IMG/VR virus record: IMGVR_UViG_3300037796_000043
Coordinates: 1 to 31,953 of that record
DNA from: a virus
Taxonomy: Duplodnaviria > Caudoviricetes
DNA length: 31,953 nucleotides
Direction: 5' to 3' (one strand)
Shown: piece after piece, positions 1-9,255 of the stretch
Numbering within the stretch: the stretch's first letter is position 1
How the letters are laid out: the number at the start of each line of letters is the position of its first letter
The notes under the pieces: model-generated
Told to the model about the DNA's origin: nothing
Database searches by the model: none
What the model saw: the letters and a program-made list of their open reading frames with translations, nothing else
Translations under genes and position numbers: made by a program

Positions 1-43
1 CGTTTCTTTCCATAAACGGCAACAAACACGATAGGCAAAAACT

Positions 44-454
44 ATGGGACAGCGCGGAAGAAAGTCTAGCGCTTCGCTTTCGGTCGTTCAGCCGTTGGAG
101 AACGGCCTGCCGAAACCGCCGGAGCATTACAGCGACGACGCAGCGGCGCTTTGGGCACATATTACGGCCAGCAAGCCGATGGACTGGTGGGATGCTGGGA
201 CACTGCCCCTGCTTGATGCGTATGTGAAGACGTGCTTGGAGCATCGGCGCATCAGCGACCTTGTGGAGCGCCACGCCATTGAGTGTGACGAGGACGTTGC
301 TAGCTACGAGAAGCTGCACAAAATCCAGGATCGTCTGGCTTCGCAGTTGGCGCGTCTGGCAACAAAGATGCGTCTCAGTCAGCAGAGCAAGTACGGCGCA
401 CGGGGCGCTGATTCTGCGAGCCAGGGCGGCGGCAAGAGGCCGTGGGAAAGCTGA
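44..454 (+). CDS. terS: Terminase small subunit (P27-like)
   Basis: 136 aa directly upstream of and overlapping terL; N-terminal GQRGRK, PKPPEH..DDAAALW and C-terminal LATKMRLSQQSK pattern typical of P27-type small terminases. Confidence 0.8.
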   Translation: MGQRGRKSSASLSVVQPLENGLPKPPEHYSDDAAALWAHITASKPMDWWDAGTLPLLDAYVKTCLEHRRISDLVERHAIECDEDVASYEKLHKIQDRLASQLARLATKMRLSQQSKYGARGADSASQGGGKRPWES

Positions 455-1962
455 GAAGCCAGCGCAACGCCGAATGGATTGAGGCGCACTGCTTCATCCC
501 CGAGGGCCGGTTCGTAAACCGCCCTGTTCGGCTGACAGATCACCAGCGTGAATGGCTGGCGGCTATATATGACACGCCAACTAGGACGTTCATTCTGTCG
601 ATGCCGCGCAAGAACGCCAAGACGGTTTTTTCCGCGTTCCTGCTTCTGCTTCACACGGTCGGGCCGGAAGCGAAACAAAACAGCCAGCTTTACTCGGCAG
701 CGCAATCGCGCGATCAGGCGGCGATCCTGTTCCACTACGCGGCCAAGATGGTTCGCATGTCGCCGTCGCTTAACGAATTCGTCACGATTCGCGACACGGC
801 GAAGGAGCTGCTGTGCCCGGAGTTGGGCACCAAGTATAAGGCGCTGTCCGCTGAAGCCTCGACGGCCTACGGGCTTTCGCCTGCGTTCGCGGTGCATGAC
901 GAGTTGGGGCAGGTTCGCGGCCCCCGGTCGGAGTTGTATGACGCCATCGAATCGGCAGCGGGTGCGCAGGAATCGCCGCTGTCGGTCATCATTTCGACGC
1001 AAGCCCCTACGGACGGCGACCTGCTGTCGATGCTTATTGACGACGCGGAGCGGGGGACTGACCCCCGCATAAAGGTCGCGCTGTACCAAGCTCCAGAGGA
1101 TGCCGACCCGTTCGACGAAGAAGTGATACGGGCCTGTAACCCTCACTTCGACGCTTTCATGAACACCGATGAGGTGATGTCGCAGGCCGAGAAGGCCAAG
1201 CGGCTCCCGAGCATGGAGGCCAGCTACCGCAACCTGATCCTCAATCAGCGCGTCGAGGCGAATGACCCGTTCGTGTCAAAGTCGGTCTGGGATGCCAACG
1301 GGGGCGAGCCGGAGATAGAGCCGGGCGCGGAAGTCTACGGTGGCCTTGACCTGTCAAGCGTTAACGACCTGACCTCGCTGGAACTGGCTGCGCCAGACGG
1401 CGATGTTCAATCAAAGTTCTGGCTGCCCGAAGATGGCATCTCGGAGAAGTCGCGCAAGGATCGTGTTCCGTATGACGTATGGGCGGATCAGGGCAATTTA
1501 GATTTGTGCCCCGGCAAGTCCATCAATTACGAGTTCGTTGCGCACGAGCTTCGAGAGGTTTTTGATACCTACAACGTACGGGCCATCGCATTTGACCGCT
1601 GGAACATGAACAACCTTCGGCCCTGGCTGGCAAAGGCTGGTTTTAGCGAAGAGGAAATGGAGCGCTTCGAGCCGTTCGGGCAGGGTTTCAAGGACATGTC
1701 GCCGGCGCTCCGGGCCACCGAATCCATGCTGCTGAACGAAGAGATCAGACACGGAATGCACCCGGTCCTGAGGATGTGTGCTGCTAATGCAGTTGTTCAG
1801 CAAGATCCGGCGGGCAACCGGAAGTTAGCCAAGGATAAGAGCAGCGGACGAATCGACGGCATGGTCGCCCTCGCTATGGCGATAGGAGTCATGTCCAAGC
1901 ACGAGGAGGAAGAATTGGACATAGACGCTTTCATTAACGACCCGATCATTGTGGGTTACTGA
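442..1962 (+). CDS. terL: Terminase large subunit (HK97-like)
   Basis: Walker A PRKNAKT, Walker B AVHDELG, coupling motif IISTQ, nuclease GGLDLS and GRIDGMVALAMA. Confidence 0.95.
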   Translation: MGKLRSQRNAEWIEAHCFIPEGRFVNRPVRLTDHQREWLAAIYDTPTRTFILSMPRKNAKTVFSAFLLLLHTVGPEAKQNSQLYSAAQSRDQAAILFHYAAKMVRMSPSLNEFVTIRDTAKELLCPELGTKYKALSAEASTAYGLSPAFAVHDELGQVRGPRSELYDAIESAAGAQESPLSVIISTQAPTDGDLLSMLIDDAERGTDPRIKVALYQAPEDADPFDEEVIRACNPHFDAFMNTDEVMSQAEKAKRLPSMEASYRNLILNQRVEANDPFVSKSVWDANGGEPEIEPGAEVYGGLDLSSVNDLTSLELAAPDGDVQSKFWLPEDGISEKSRKDRVPYDVWADQGNLDLCPGKSINYEFVAHELREVFDTYNVRAIAFDRWNMNNLRPWLAKAGFSEEEMERFEPFGQGFKDMSPALRATESMLLNEEIRHGMHPVLRMCAANAVVQQDPAGNRKLAKDKSSGRIDGMVALAMAIGVMSKHEEEELDIDAFINDPIIVGY

Positions 1963-1963
1963 A

Positions 1964-3202
1964 ATGGCCTCTTTCTGGAAGCCCTGGACGTGGTTTGGGT
2001 CACGCAGCCTCAGTCGCAATGAGGGGGTCCAGCTATCCGAACCGATTACCCGCGCGGCAGAGGCGAGCGAGCCGGTCAACTTCGACACGGCCATGCAGCT
2101 GTCCGCATTCTGGGCGGCTGCTCGCTTGTGGGCTGAAACAATCGCATCTTTGCCGGTCAAGGTTCAGTCGTGGGATGGGCAGGAATGGATTGATGACACA
2201 GAGGGCGACCTGTCTACGCTGATTCGGACCCGAATCAACCGGTATCAAAACAGCGTCGAGTTTTTTGAGACGTTTGTTTTAAACCACGTTGTTTTCGGAA
2301 ACGCTTACGCAATGAAGGTGCGAAGCGGGAATCGCCTTGTTGGTCTCTTGCCAATGAACTCCGGGCAGGTCGTTCCTGAGCTGTTGAAGGACGGTTCGGT
2401 TGTTTATCACTACCACCATGATGGAGGTGTAACTGCCTTAAGCGCCGAAAATGTCTGGCACTGGAAGATGTTTGGCAATGGGGTCATCGGATTGTCTCCG
2501 CTCTCTTACGCGCGCAACGCGGTTTCGGTCGGTCTGGCCGGAGACAAGCGGATTGGGCAGGTCTTCAAAAACGCTGGCAAGCCTTCTGGCGTTTTAACCA
2601 TTGACGGCACGCTTAAGGACGACCAGAGGAAGATGGTCCGAGAAAGGTTCAAGGACCTGGTTGAGGGCGGCACCGACACGCTAATGGTCCTTGAGGCGGC
2701 CATGAAGTTCCAGCCGATTTCTATGAACCCGACTGATATTCAGTTGCTGGATTCGCGGCGGTTCCAAGTCGAGGATGTAGCGCGTTTTATGGACGTTCCG
2801 AGCGTTCTGATTAACGACACGGCAGGCACGACGGCATGGGGAAGCGGCATCGGCCAGATCATGCGCGGCTGGTACAAGCGGTCGCTGCGAAATCGCGTAC
2901 GCTCTCTGCAAGAGTCGATGCGCGCAAGCTTGATTCCTGCAGCGGCAAGAAGCCGAATGCGCATTACGCACGATTTCGACGACCTCTTGAAGCTTGATAA
3001 AGGCGAGCGAATGGAGGCGCACCAGAAAGGAATAAACTCCGGAGTCATTACGCCTAACGAAGCCCGCCAGGAAGAGGACTTGCCGCCGCTTGACGGTGGC
3101 GACGAACTCTATGCGAACGGCACGATTCAACCCTTGCTAGGCCGTACCGCAGACAACCGACCACCGAACGCCAGGATTGACATGGCGGAGGACGACACAT
3201 GA
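1964..3202 (+). CDS. Portal protein, HK97 family
   Basis: IASLP, GNAYA, GLSPL, PSGVL, DIQLLDSRRFQVEDVARFMDVP, GVITPNEARQEEDLPPLDGGDEL motifs; ATG 1964 preferred over GTG 1949. Confidence 0.95.
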   Translation: MASFWKPWTWFGSRSLSRNEGVQLSEPITRAAEASEPVNFDTAMQLSAFWAAARLWAETIASLPVKVQSWDGQEWIDDTEGDLSTLIRTRINRYQNSVEFFETFVLNHVVFGNAYAMKVRSGNRLVGLLPMNSGQVVPELLKDGSVVYHYHHDGGVTALSAENVWHWKMFGNGVIGLSPLSYARNAVSVGLAGDKRIGQVFKNAGKPSGVLTIDGTLKDDQRKMVRERFKDLVEGGTDTLMVLEAAMKFQPISMNPTDIQLLDSRRFQVEDVARFMDVPSVLINDTAGTTAWGSGIGQIMRGWYKRSLRNRVRSLQESMRASLIPAAARSRMRITHDFDDLLKLDKGERMEAHQKGINSGVITPNEARQEEDLPPLDGGDELYANGTIQPLLGRTADNRPPNARIDMAEDDT

Positions 3203-3885
3203 AGTACAAACACCTAGCGATTGAATCGACCAATTTCAAATTCAATGAGGAATCTAGGACGTTCGAGGGCTACGCCTCGATGTTCAACGGCGTCGACTCC
3301 TACGGAGACACGATCCTGCCAGGCGCTTATAAGAATACGCTCAAGAACCGGGAGCGACCGATTCGCATGCGTTGGAACCACTTCGGCCCGGTGATCGGCA
3401 AGTACCTGGAAATCTACGAAGACGAGAAGGGCCTTTTCGTTCGGGGCCAGCTTACCCCAGGTCACTCGGTCGCTGAAGACGCTTATGCCTCTTTGAAGCA
3501 CGGTGCTGTCGACGGCCTGTCCATCGGCTATCGGATGAAGGCTGGCAAATTTCAGGAAAACGAACATGGAGGCTTTGACATTGACGAGATTGAACTTGTC
3601 GAGATTAGTGTCGTGGAAGAGCCGGCCGACCTTGGAGCGAGGGTCGGCAACGTAAAGGAATTTTCCGAGCACGTCTCTGAGTTGGAGACGCTCAAAGATG
3701 CGGAAGCCTGCCTGCGTGACGCTTGCGGGCTTTCTCGGTCTGCTGCGAAGGCCCTTGTGTCGCAGGTCAAGACCTTGTGCCAGCGTAACGCTGGGGCAGA
3801 AGAGCGCGGCGGTGATGCCGTGTCTGAGGCCATCAATCGGTGGCGCATACAGCATGCGCTGCGTCTTAAGTCCCAAACGAGGTAA
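3199..3885 (+). CDS. Prohead maturation protease, HK97 family
   Basis: FEGYASMFNGVDSYGDTILPGAY, WNH, DGLSIGY, LVEISVVEEPA motifs; between portal and capsid. Confidence 0.95.
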   Translation: MKYKHLAIESTNFKFNEESRTFEGYASMFNGVDSYGDTILPGAYKNTLKNRERPIRMRWNHFGPVIGKYLEIYEDEKGLFVRGQLTPGHSVAEDAYASLKHGAVDGLSIGYRMKAGKFQENEHGGFDIDEIELVEISVVEEPADLGARVGNVKEFSEHVSELETLKDAEACLRDACGLSRSAAKALVSQVKTLCQRNAGAEERGGDAVSEAINRWRIQHALRLKSQTR

Positions 3886-5087
3886 TGACAATGACTACTG
3901 AAAACACCGAAGATCTGATTAAGGGCGTCGAATCCGCCCTGGATTCAGCGATTCAGAAGTACGAAGGGCAGCTGCAGGAATCCAAGTCCGCCGCTAATGA
4001 GGTGCGTGACGAAGTGCGGCAGTTGGCCGAGAAGCACTCCGAGCTGGTCGAACAGAGCGAGGCCCTGTCCGCCAAGTTCCAAGAGTTTGAGCAGAACGCC
4101 ATGACGTCCATGAAGGGCGGTGGCGAGCGAGAGCCGACCTGGGGGCAGAAGTTGGTCGACTCCGAGTCGTTCAAGGCTATGGTCGAAGGCTCCAAGCACG
4201 CTCGGGTCAACGTCAAGAACACGATTATCGGTGAGGTCGGCTCTCCGCAAGACCCGGTTGACACGCTGACGCCTGCCGACCGACTGCCGGGCATTGTCCC
4301 TGGCGCGTTCCGGCAGCTTTCGGTTTTGGATGTTGTGCCGATGGGCACGACCAATAGCAACGCGGTCGAGTACACCCGAGAGTCTAGCTGGACAAACGAC
4401 GCCGCTGAAACGGCTGAAAATAGCGCCAAGCCTGAATCCGACCTGACTTTCGAGCTTGTCTCTGACCCGGTTCGCACCATCGCGCACTGGATCAAGGCAT
4501 CTCGGCAGGTTCTGGATGACGCTCCGGCGCTGGAATCTTACATCGACCGCCGCCTGCGTCATGGCCTGCGTCAGCGTCTTGAGTCGCAGATTCTGACCGG
4601 CAACGGCACCTCGCCGAACATCGAGGGCCTGACCGCGACCGGTCGGCACACGGACTTCACCGCAGCCTCCGGCGCGAACCGGCTGGATTCGCTGAACCGC
4701 GCGAAGTACGACGTCATCGGCGCTGACTTCGTGGCGACGCACTATTTCGTCAACCCCGCCGATTGGAGCGAAATCGAGTTGCTCAAGGCTGGCTCGGGCA
4801 ACGAGTACGCGGCGGCCAACGGCAACGCGGTCGGCTACATCGCCAACGGCTTGCAGCCGCTTGCGTGGGGTCTGCCGGTCATCGCCAATAACAACGTGTC
4901 GAGCGGAGAGTTCTTCTGCGTTGATATCAACTCGATGATGCTGATGATGCGGCAGGGCGCTGTTGTCGAGATGTTCGAGCAGGACGACACGAACGTGCAG
5001 TCCAACCTTGTGACGATCCGCGCCGAGCTGCGTGCCGCTCTTGCGGTGTTCCAGCCGACCGCGATCCGTTACGGTTCGTTCAACTGA
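3885..5087 (+). CDS. Major capsid protein, HK97 fold with N-terminal delta domain
   Basis: Coiled-coil N-terminus, then RLPGIV, KPESDLTF, TIAHWIKASRQVLDDAP, NLVTIRAELR, closely resembling HK97 gp5. Confidence 0.95.
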   Translation: MTMTTENTEDLIKGVESALDSAIQKYEGQLQESKSAANEVRDEVRQLAEKHSELVEQSEALSAKFQEFEQNAMTSMKGGGEREPTWGQKLVDSESFKAMVEGSKHARVNVKNTIIGEVGSPQDPVDTLTPADRLPGIVPGAFRQLSVLDVVPMGTTNSNAVEYTRESSWTNDAAETAENSAKPESDLTFELVSDPVRTIAHWIKASRQVLDDAPALESYIDRRLRHGLRQRLESQILTGNGTSPNIEGLTATGRHTDFTAASGANRLDSLNRAKYDVIGADFVATHYFVNPADWSEIELLKAGSGNEYAAANGNAVGYIANGLQPLAWGLPVIANNNVSSGEFFCVDINSMMLMMRQGAVVEMFEQDDTNVQSNLVTIRAELRAALAVFQPTAIRYGSFN

Positions 5088-5103
5088 TAACCCGCCTAAC
5101 GGG

Positions 5104-5131
5104 GCCGGGAGGGTCAACCTCCCGGCTTTCT
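5104..5131 (+). terminator. Intrinsic terminator after capsid gene
   Basis: GCCGGGAGG-gtcaa-CCTCCCGGC hairpin followed by TTTCT. Confidence 0.65.
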
Positions 5132-5134
5132 ATT

Positions 5135-5392
5135 ATGCGAGCAACGAAGAACTTTCAATCAACGGTACTCGGGAACGTCCAGAAGGGCGACCCGATTCCT
5201 AACAACAAGCACGGCCAGCACTTGCGCTCTATCGGCTTGGCCGAAGACGACCCGGTGCAGACTAAGACCGTGCGTCAGCAGCCGGAGGAGCCGCCGGCGC
5301 AGGAATACGAAACCAAGGTCGTGAAGCGCAAGCCGAAGACCAAAAAGGGAGCCGGCCGTGGCCGTAAGCGTAGCGACAAAGCCTCCGGTTGA
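5135..5392 (+). CDS. Small hypothetical protein with basic C-terminus
   Basis: 85-aa ORF in the usual post-capsid slot; Lys/Arg-rich tail. Confidence 0.65.
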   Translation: MRATKNFQSTVLGNVQKGDPIPNNKHGQHLRSIGLAEDDPVQTKTVRQQPEEPPAQEYETKVVKRKPKTKKGAGRGRKRSDKASG

Positions 5393-5975
5393 GCCGGTCA
5401 CCGTTGCCGTGGCGCGGGACCATTGCCGCCTTGTCGCAACGGGTAGCCCTGAAACGCACCCCGACGACTCTTTTCTTGAGCGCGCGATTCAGGCCGCCCG
5501 CGAACATGCAGAGTCATTCATGCAGCGGACGATTATCGAGACCGAGTTTGAGTGGAGGTTCAATCAGTTTCCGGGCAGCGCTGAGCGTCTTGTGCTGCCG
5601 AGGAATCCCGCGCTTTCGGTCGAGTCAATCAGCTACGTTGACTCCAACAGTAACCAGCAAACATTTGCTGATTTCTCGACGCAGTTCACGGAGTCTGAGT
5701 CTGTTTTGGTCCCTGACTACGGCGAATCGTGGCCCGATGCCAGGGGCCACCTTGGTGACGTGACGATCACCTTTCGGGCCGGGTATGAGCCTGACACGTC
5801 GCAATCTCCCACAGACTACCGTGCCAATGTACCGGCAGCGGTGAAGAACGCAATTTTGCTCTTGGTCGGGCACATGTACGAAAACAGAGAGGCGGTCGTC
5901 ATTGGTGATGAGCCGCACAAAGTGCAGTTTGCATTTGAGTCCTTGCTGTGGCCGCACCGAGTTCTGGGCGTCTGA
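5358..5975 (+). CDS. Head-tail connector (gp6-like / phiE125 gp8-like)
   Basis: PPVEPVT..ARDHCRL, AAREHAESF, VTITFRAGY, VPAAVKNAILLLVGHMYENREAV motifs. Confidence 0.9.
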   Translation: MAVSVATKPPVEPVTVAVARDHCRLVATGSPETHPDDSFLERAIQAAREHAESFMQRTIIETEFEWRFNQFPGSAERLVLPRNPALSVESISYVDSNSNQQTFADFSTQFTESESVLVPDYGESWPDARGHLGDVTITFRAGYEPDTSQSPTDYRANVPAAVKNAILLLVGHMYENREAVVIGDEPHKVQFAFESLLWPHRVLGV

Positions 5976-6526
5976 CATTCTGCGTCATGGCCTCCGGGCC
6001 GTCTATGTGCCAATCCGATGCAGATATGGTGCGCAACTGGCGAGATGGCGAAAGACGTAGGGCGATTGCGATCAACAATACATATCAGCTTGCGCCTTGG
6101 GCTGATGTTCTGTATGCCTGCGACCTTCGATGGTGGGACCGATATTTCGAAGACGCAAGTAGCCGGTGTAGGGGTGAGTTTTGGTGCCATCATCAAAAGG
6201 CAGAAAGCAAATATGGCCTGAATCGCTGGAAGCCTGAGCGAACCGGAGGCAACTCGGGCTATCAGGCGCTGCGATTGGCGATTGATCACTTCGGCGCTGG
6301 CAGCGTGATTTTGTTGGGTTATGACATGCAGGGAAGCCATTGGCATGGCGAGCACAAGGGCTTTCCCAATCCGACTGCTGACAATTTCCGCCAGTGGGTT
6401 GGCTGGCTTCGGCATTACGCCGCCGAGACCGACGCCGAGATTATCAACGCATCGCGTGAGACGGCGGTTGATTGCTTCCCACAGATGCCGCTAGAAGATG
6501 CTTTGTCTGACCGCGTGGCGACCTAG
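5948..6526 (+). CDS. Maf/DUF115 (MptE-like)/GT42-like putative sugar transferase
   Basis: ASGPS, IAINN, ADVLYACD, GGNSGYQAL.LA...GA..VILLGYD, HWHG, IINAS motifs match the CstII/Maf-like fold pattern; exact start uncertain. Confidence 0.65.
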   Translation: MAAPSSGRLTFCVMASGPSMCQSDADMVRNWRDGERRRAIAINNTYQLAPWADVLYACDLRWWDRYFEDASSRCRGEFWCHHQKAESKYGLNRWKPERTGGNSGYQALRLAIDHFGAGSVILLGYDMQGSHWHGEHKGFPNPTADNFRQWVGWLRHYAAETDAEIINASRETAVDCFPQMPLEDALSDRVAT

Positions 6527-7004
6527 CCCGGTCTATACCTGGGAGTATGTCGAGCGGCTTGGTTTCACCGCCATTGCCGACTCTCGCTGGCCGGGCTGGT
6601 GGGCAAAGATGGCGCTGTTCGAGTTGGGCGTCGATTTCCTGTATGCAGACCTCGACACCATCATAATCGGCGACATCCCGCAGGCGTCCGAACTAACACT
6701 GCTTCGGGACTTCTACCGGCCACAGCTTGCACAGTCGGGTTTCATGTACGTCACCGCCGACGCCGCTGATCACGCTTGGCGCGAGTGGATCAAGCAACCC
6801 GAAGAATGGATGCGCCGCTACCGGGGCGATGGCGAGTTTTTGCGCGATGTGTGGAGTGGATACCGATTCTGGCAGGACGATCACCCCGGCAAGGTCGTCA
6901 GCTACAAGGTTCACTGCAACGGCGGCGCACCAGAAGGCGCGTCGGTCATTTGCTACCACGGAAAACCGAGGCCGCACGAGACAGGATGGTCGACAGCCCG
7001 ATAA
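6498..7004 (+). CDS. GT-A (GT8-like) glycosyltransferase
   Basis: GWWAKMALF, DxD motif LYADLDTIIIGDI, QSGFM, GDGEFL, C-terminal YHGKPRPH. Confidence 0.75.
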   Translation: MLCLTAWRPSPVYTWEYVERLGFTAIADSRWPGWWAKMALFELGVDFLYADLDTIIIGDIPQASELTLLRDFYRPQLAQSGFMYVTADAADHAWREWIKQPEEWMRRYRGDGEFLRDVWSGYRFWQDDHPGKVVSYKVHCNGGAPEGASVICYHGKPRPHETGWSTAR

Positions 7005-7576
7005 TTATCATTTCGCTACCCCGTAGCGGGTCAAGCATGACCGCCGGGATCTTTGCCAAGCATGGCGTATGGGTTGGTCCTTACAAGCAGGGTGACCGCC
7101 ATAACGCGAAAGGCTATTTTGAGTCGCTTCCTTTTAAGGAAGCAATAATCAAAAAAGTGGGGCGCATTGTCCATAGAGGCATTCTAGCGCCGCAGGCGGC
7201 TGGCTGGAAAGCGGAAGCGGTTGGTCTGATTAAGCGCTATGGCTACACCGGCGGACCTTGGCTAGTGAAGCACTCTGCAATGTACTACCCGCTTTGGCAC
7301 GAATTTGACCCACGTTTTATCTGCGTTCGGCGCAACCTTAAAGCCATTGAACGGTCAGGCCAAAGCTCGGGGATGCTCACGCGTACGGCTGCGATTCAGC
7401 CGCACGTCGAGGCAATGGACTACGTGCGGGACAATCTCGGTGGTGTGGACGTGTTTACCGATGAGGTGGTTAAAGGCGACTACAGCAGCCTTGAGCGCGC
7501 ATTTGACGCGTGCGGCCTGACCTTCGACCCGGCGATTGCCGATGACTTCGTGGACCCGACGTTATGGCACCACTGA
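6986..7576 (+). CDS. Sulfotransferase family protein (PAPS-dependent)
   Basis: IIISLPRSGSSMTAGI 5'-PSB loop, N.KGYFE, WLVKH, ICVRRN; ATG 6986 is the plausible start within ORF 6776..7576. Confidence 0.75.
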   Translation: MVDSPIIIISLPRSGSSMTAGIFAKHGVWVGPYKQGDRHNAKGYFESLPFKEAIIKKVGRIVHRGILAPQAAGWKAEAVGLIKRYGYTGGPWLVKHSAMYYPLWHEFDPRFICVRRNLKAIERSGQSSGMLTRTAAIQPHVEAMDYVRDNLGGVDVFTDEVVKGDYSSLERAFDACGLTFDPAIADDFVDPTLWHH

Positions 7577-7914
7577 GCAAACCCGGACAGATGCGCCACC
7601 GCATCACGGTCCAGGAATACGTGGAAACGACCGACCCAAATACTGGCGTCAAAACTCGTTCTTGGTCAAACAAGAGCGGCATGGTGGACATACCCGCCGC
7701 TGTGCGACCCCTGACCTCTCGTGAGCAGCAAGCGGCGGCCGCGCGCAACAGCGAGGTTGAGGTTGAGTTCGAGCTGCGGGCCGATTTTGCGATCACCGCT
7801 AAAGACCGGATTTTATTCGAGGGTGAGAATTGGGAGTTAGAGCCGCCGCAGTATGACGAGACACGCAAGCGCCGAATAAAGATTAAGGCCAAGCGGGGTA
7901 TGACCGATGGCTGA
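7564..7914 (+). CDS. Head closure / head-tail adaptor (SPP1 gp16-like)
   Basis: PGQMRHRITVQ, AAVRPLTSRE, DRILFEG motifs; position in neck block. Confidence 0.85.
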   Translation: MAPLSKPGQMRHRITVQEYVETTDPNTGVKTRSWSNKSGMVDIPAAVRPLTSREQQAAAARNSEVEVEFELRADFAITAKDRILFEGENWELEPPQYDETRKRRIKIKAKRGMTDG

Positions 7915-8362
7915 AATCAAAGGGCTTCGGCAGGCGTTAGATAACCTGAGGCGGTTCCCGGAGCACGTCTCCCCTCAAGGCGGCGGACCCATAAACCGAG
8001 CGCTTTTCAAGGCCGCCAAGCCGTGGCAAGACCACGCATCGGATAATGCTTCTAGTCTTGGTCCGGGCAATCACCGCAGAGGGTCAGGTTCAAGCGCTTA
8101 TTCAATTGTGGGTCGCCTCAAGGACAACATCGTGCGGCGGCGCGATCCAGAACCGGAGCGTGATGGCTTTTATGCCCGCGTGTTCGTGACCTACGCCCCT
8201 CGGGTCTATTGGGGCTATTTCGTGGAGCTTGGGACGGAAAAGCAGGGGGCACAGCCGTTCCTGCGCCCTGCGATTGATCAGGCGGGCAATAAGCCCATAG
8301 AAATTTTTCGGCGCGCCTTGAGTCGTGACATTGACCGAATTGCTAAAAGGCTTAAGAAGTGA
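7907..8362 (+). CDS. HK97 gp10 family neck/tail protein
   Basis: EIKGL, GRLKDNI, YWGYFVELGTEKQGAQPFLRPA motifs. Confidence 0.9.
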   Translation: MAEIKGLRQALDNLRRFPEHVSPQGGGPINRALFKAAKPWQDHASDNASSLGPGNHRRGSGSSAYSIVGRLKDNIVRRRDPEPERDGFYARVFVTYAPRVYWGYFVELGTEKQGAQPFLRPAIDQAGNKPIEIFRRALSRDIDRIAKRLKK

Positions 8363-8712
8363 TTCCGAATATCTACGCATGGCTCAACGTCGCGGCGATC
8401 AATGCCATTGCGGGGACACGACTATATCCGTTCGGGGATGCCGGGGACAGCCCAACTTATCCATACGTGACGTGGTTCTTGCCATCAAGTGGCGCAGAGA
8501 ACTACTTGGGTGAATCGCCGAACGTTGATAACGACCGTGTGCAGATTGACTGTTGGGCGCGGAGCCAACAAGAAGCGCTTGACCTGGCAAGCGCCGTGCG
8601 GACCGAGATGGACCAATACGGTCATCAAACGGTAAAAATCGTTCACCCGATTGACCCCGACACAAAGTCATACCGAATTCAATTCGACTACTCCCTTTGG
8701 GTTAGTCGCTAA
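8359..8712 (+). CDS. Tail completion/terminator protein (DUF3168 / gp17-like)
   Basis: RLYPFG.A...PTYPYVTW, RVQIDCWA motifs; precedes tail tube gene. Confidence 0.85.
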   Translation: MIPNIYAWLNVAAINAIAGTRLYPFGDAGDSPTYPYVTWFLPSSGAENYLGESPNVDNDRVQIDCWARSQQEALDLASAVRTEMDQYGHQTVKIVHPIDPDTKSYRIQFDYSLWVSR

Positions 8713-8737
8713 AGACAAGTTCAATTGTCGCTTAAGC

Positions 8738-8763
8738 AGCCGCCTCCGGGCGGCTTTTTTATT
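8738..8763 (+). terminator. Intrinsic terminator-like hairpin before tail tube gene
   Basis: AGCCGCC-tccg-GGCGGCT followed by TTTTTATT. Confidence 0.75.
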
Positions 8764-8787
8764 GCCTGATAAACGGAGGTACTTCCA

Positions 8788-9252
8788 ATGGCAGAGCTGA
8801 AGACGCAGGGAACCGAGCTGTTCCTTCTCGATGATACCGATAGCGGCAACGAAGTCCGCAAAATCGGTCAGGTTACCGGGTTTTCCGGTGTTGGTGGTGA
8901 GGCTGGCGAGATCGACGTAACCGATTTCGACTCCACGGCGATGGAGTATCTGGCCGCGCTGAAGGACAACGGCAGCATCAGCATGAACGTGAATTGGGAT
9001 CCGCAAGACGAGAGCCACCAGACTCTGGACGCTCTTGTCGGCGGTGACAATAAGCGTTTTGTCATTGCCTGTTCGGAGGGAGACACGGATGTTACGTACA
9101 CGTCCGATTTCACCCTCCCAACCGACCGGACGACTCTGGACTTCAATGCCGGCGTCCGTTCGTTCCAGAAGGACTTTAGCGCCAATGACGTGGTGCGCGG
9201 GACAGTCAGTCTGCGCATTTCCGGTGCAATCACTATCACGGCTGCGACGTAA
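8788..9252 (+). CDS. Major tail tube protein
   Basis: KTQGTELF, IDVTDFDSTAMEYLAALKDNG, C-terminal LRISG; strong SD GGAGG. Confidence 0.9.
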   Translation: MAELKTQGTELFLLDDTDSGNEVRKIGQVTGFSGVGGEAGEIDVTDFDSTAMEYLAALKDNGSISMNVNWDPQDESHQTLDALVGGDNKRFVIACSEGDTDVTYTSDFTLPTDRTTLDFNAGVRSFQKDFSANDVVRGTVSLRISGAITITAAT

Positions 9253-9255
9253 ACC

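Noticed and set aside
1-43. cos site or late promoter upstream of terS
   Set aside because: Too little sequence in the window to identify either
379-1146. 255-aa antisense ORF over terL, and similar ones over the protease, tail tube and tape measure genes
   Set aside because: Arg-rich non-protein-like shadows in high-GC DNA
3945-5117. 390-aa antisense ORF over the capsid gene
   Set aside because: Shadow ORF expected from biased codon usage in a GC-rich gene; no motifs
6776-6985. N-terminal extension of the sulfotransferase ORF (likewise 28378-28509, 24501-24623, 24217-24360, 20591-20680)
   Set aside because: These overlap upstream genes or promoters; downstream starts fit coupling, SD and domain boundaries better
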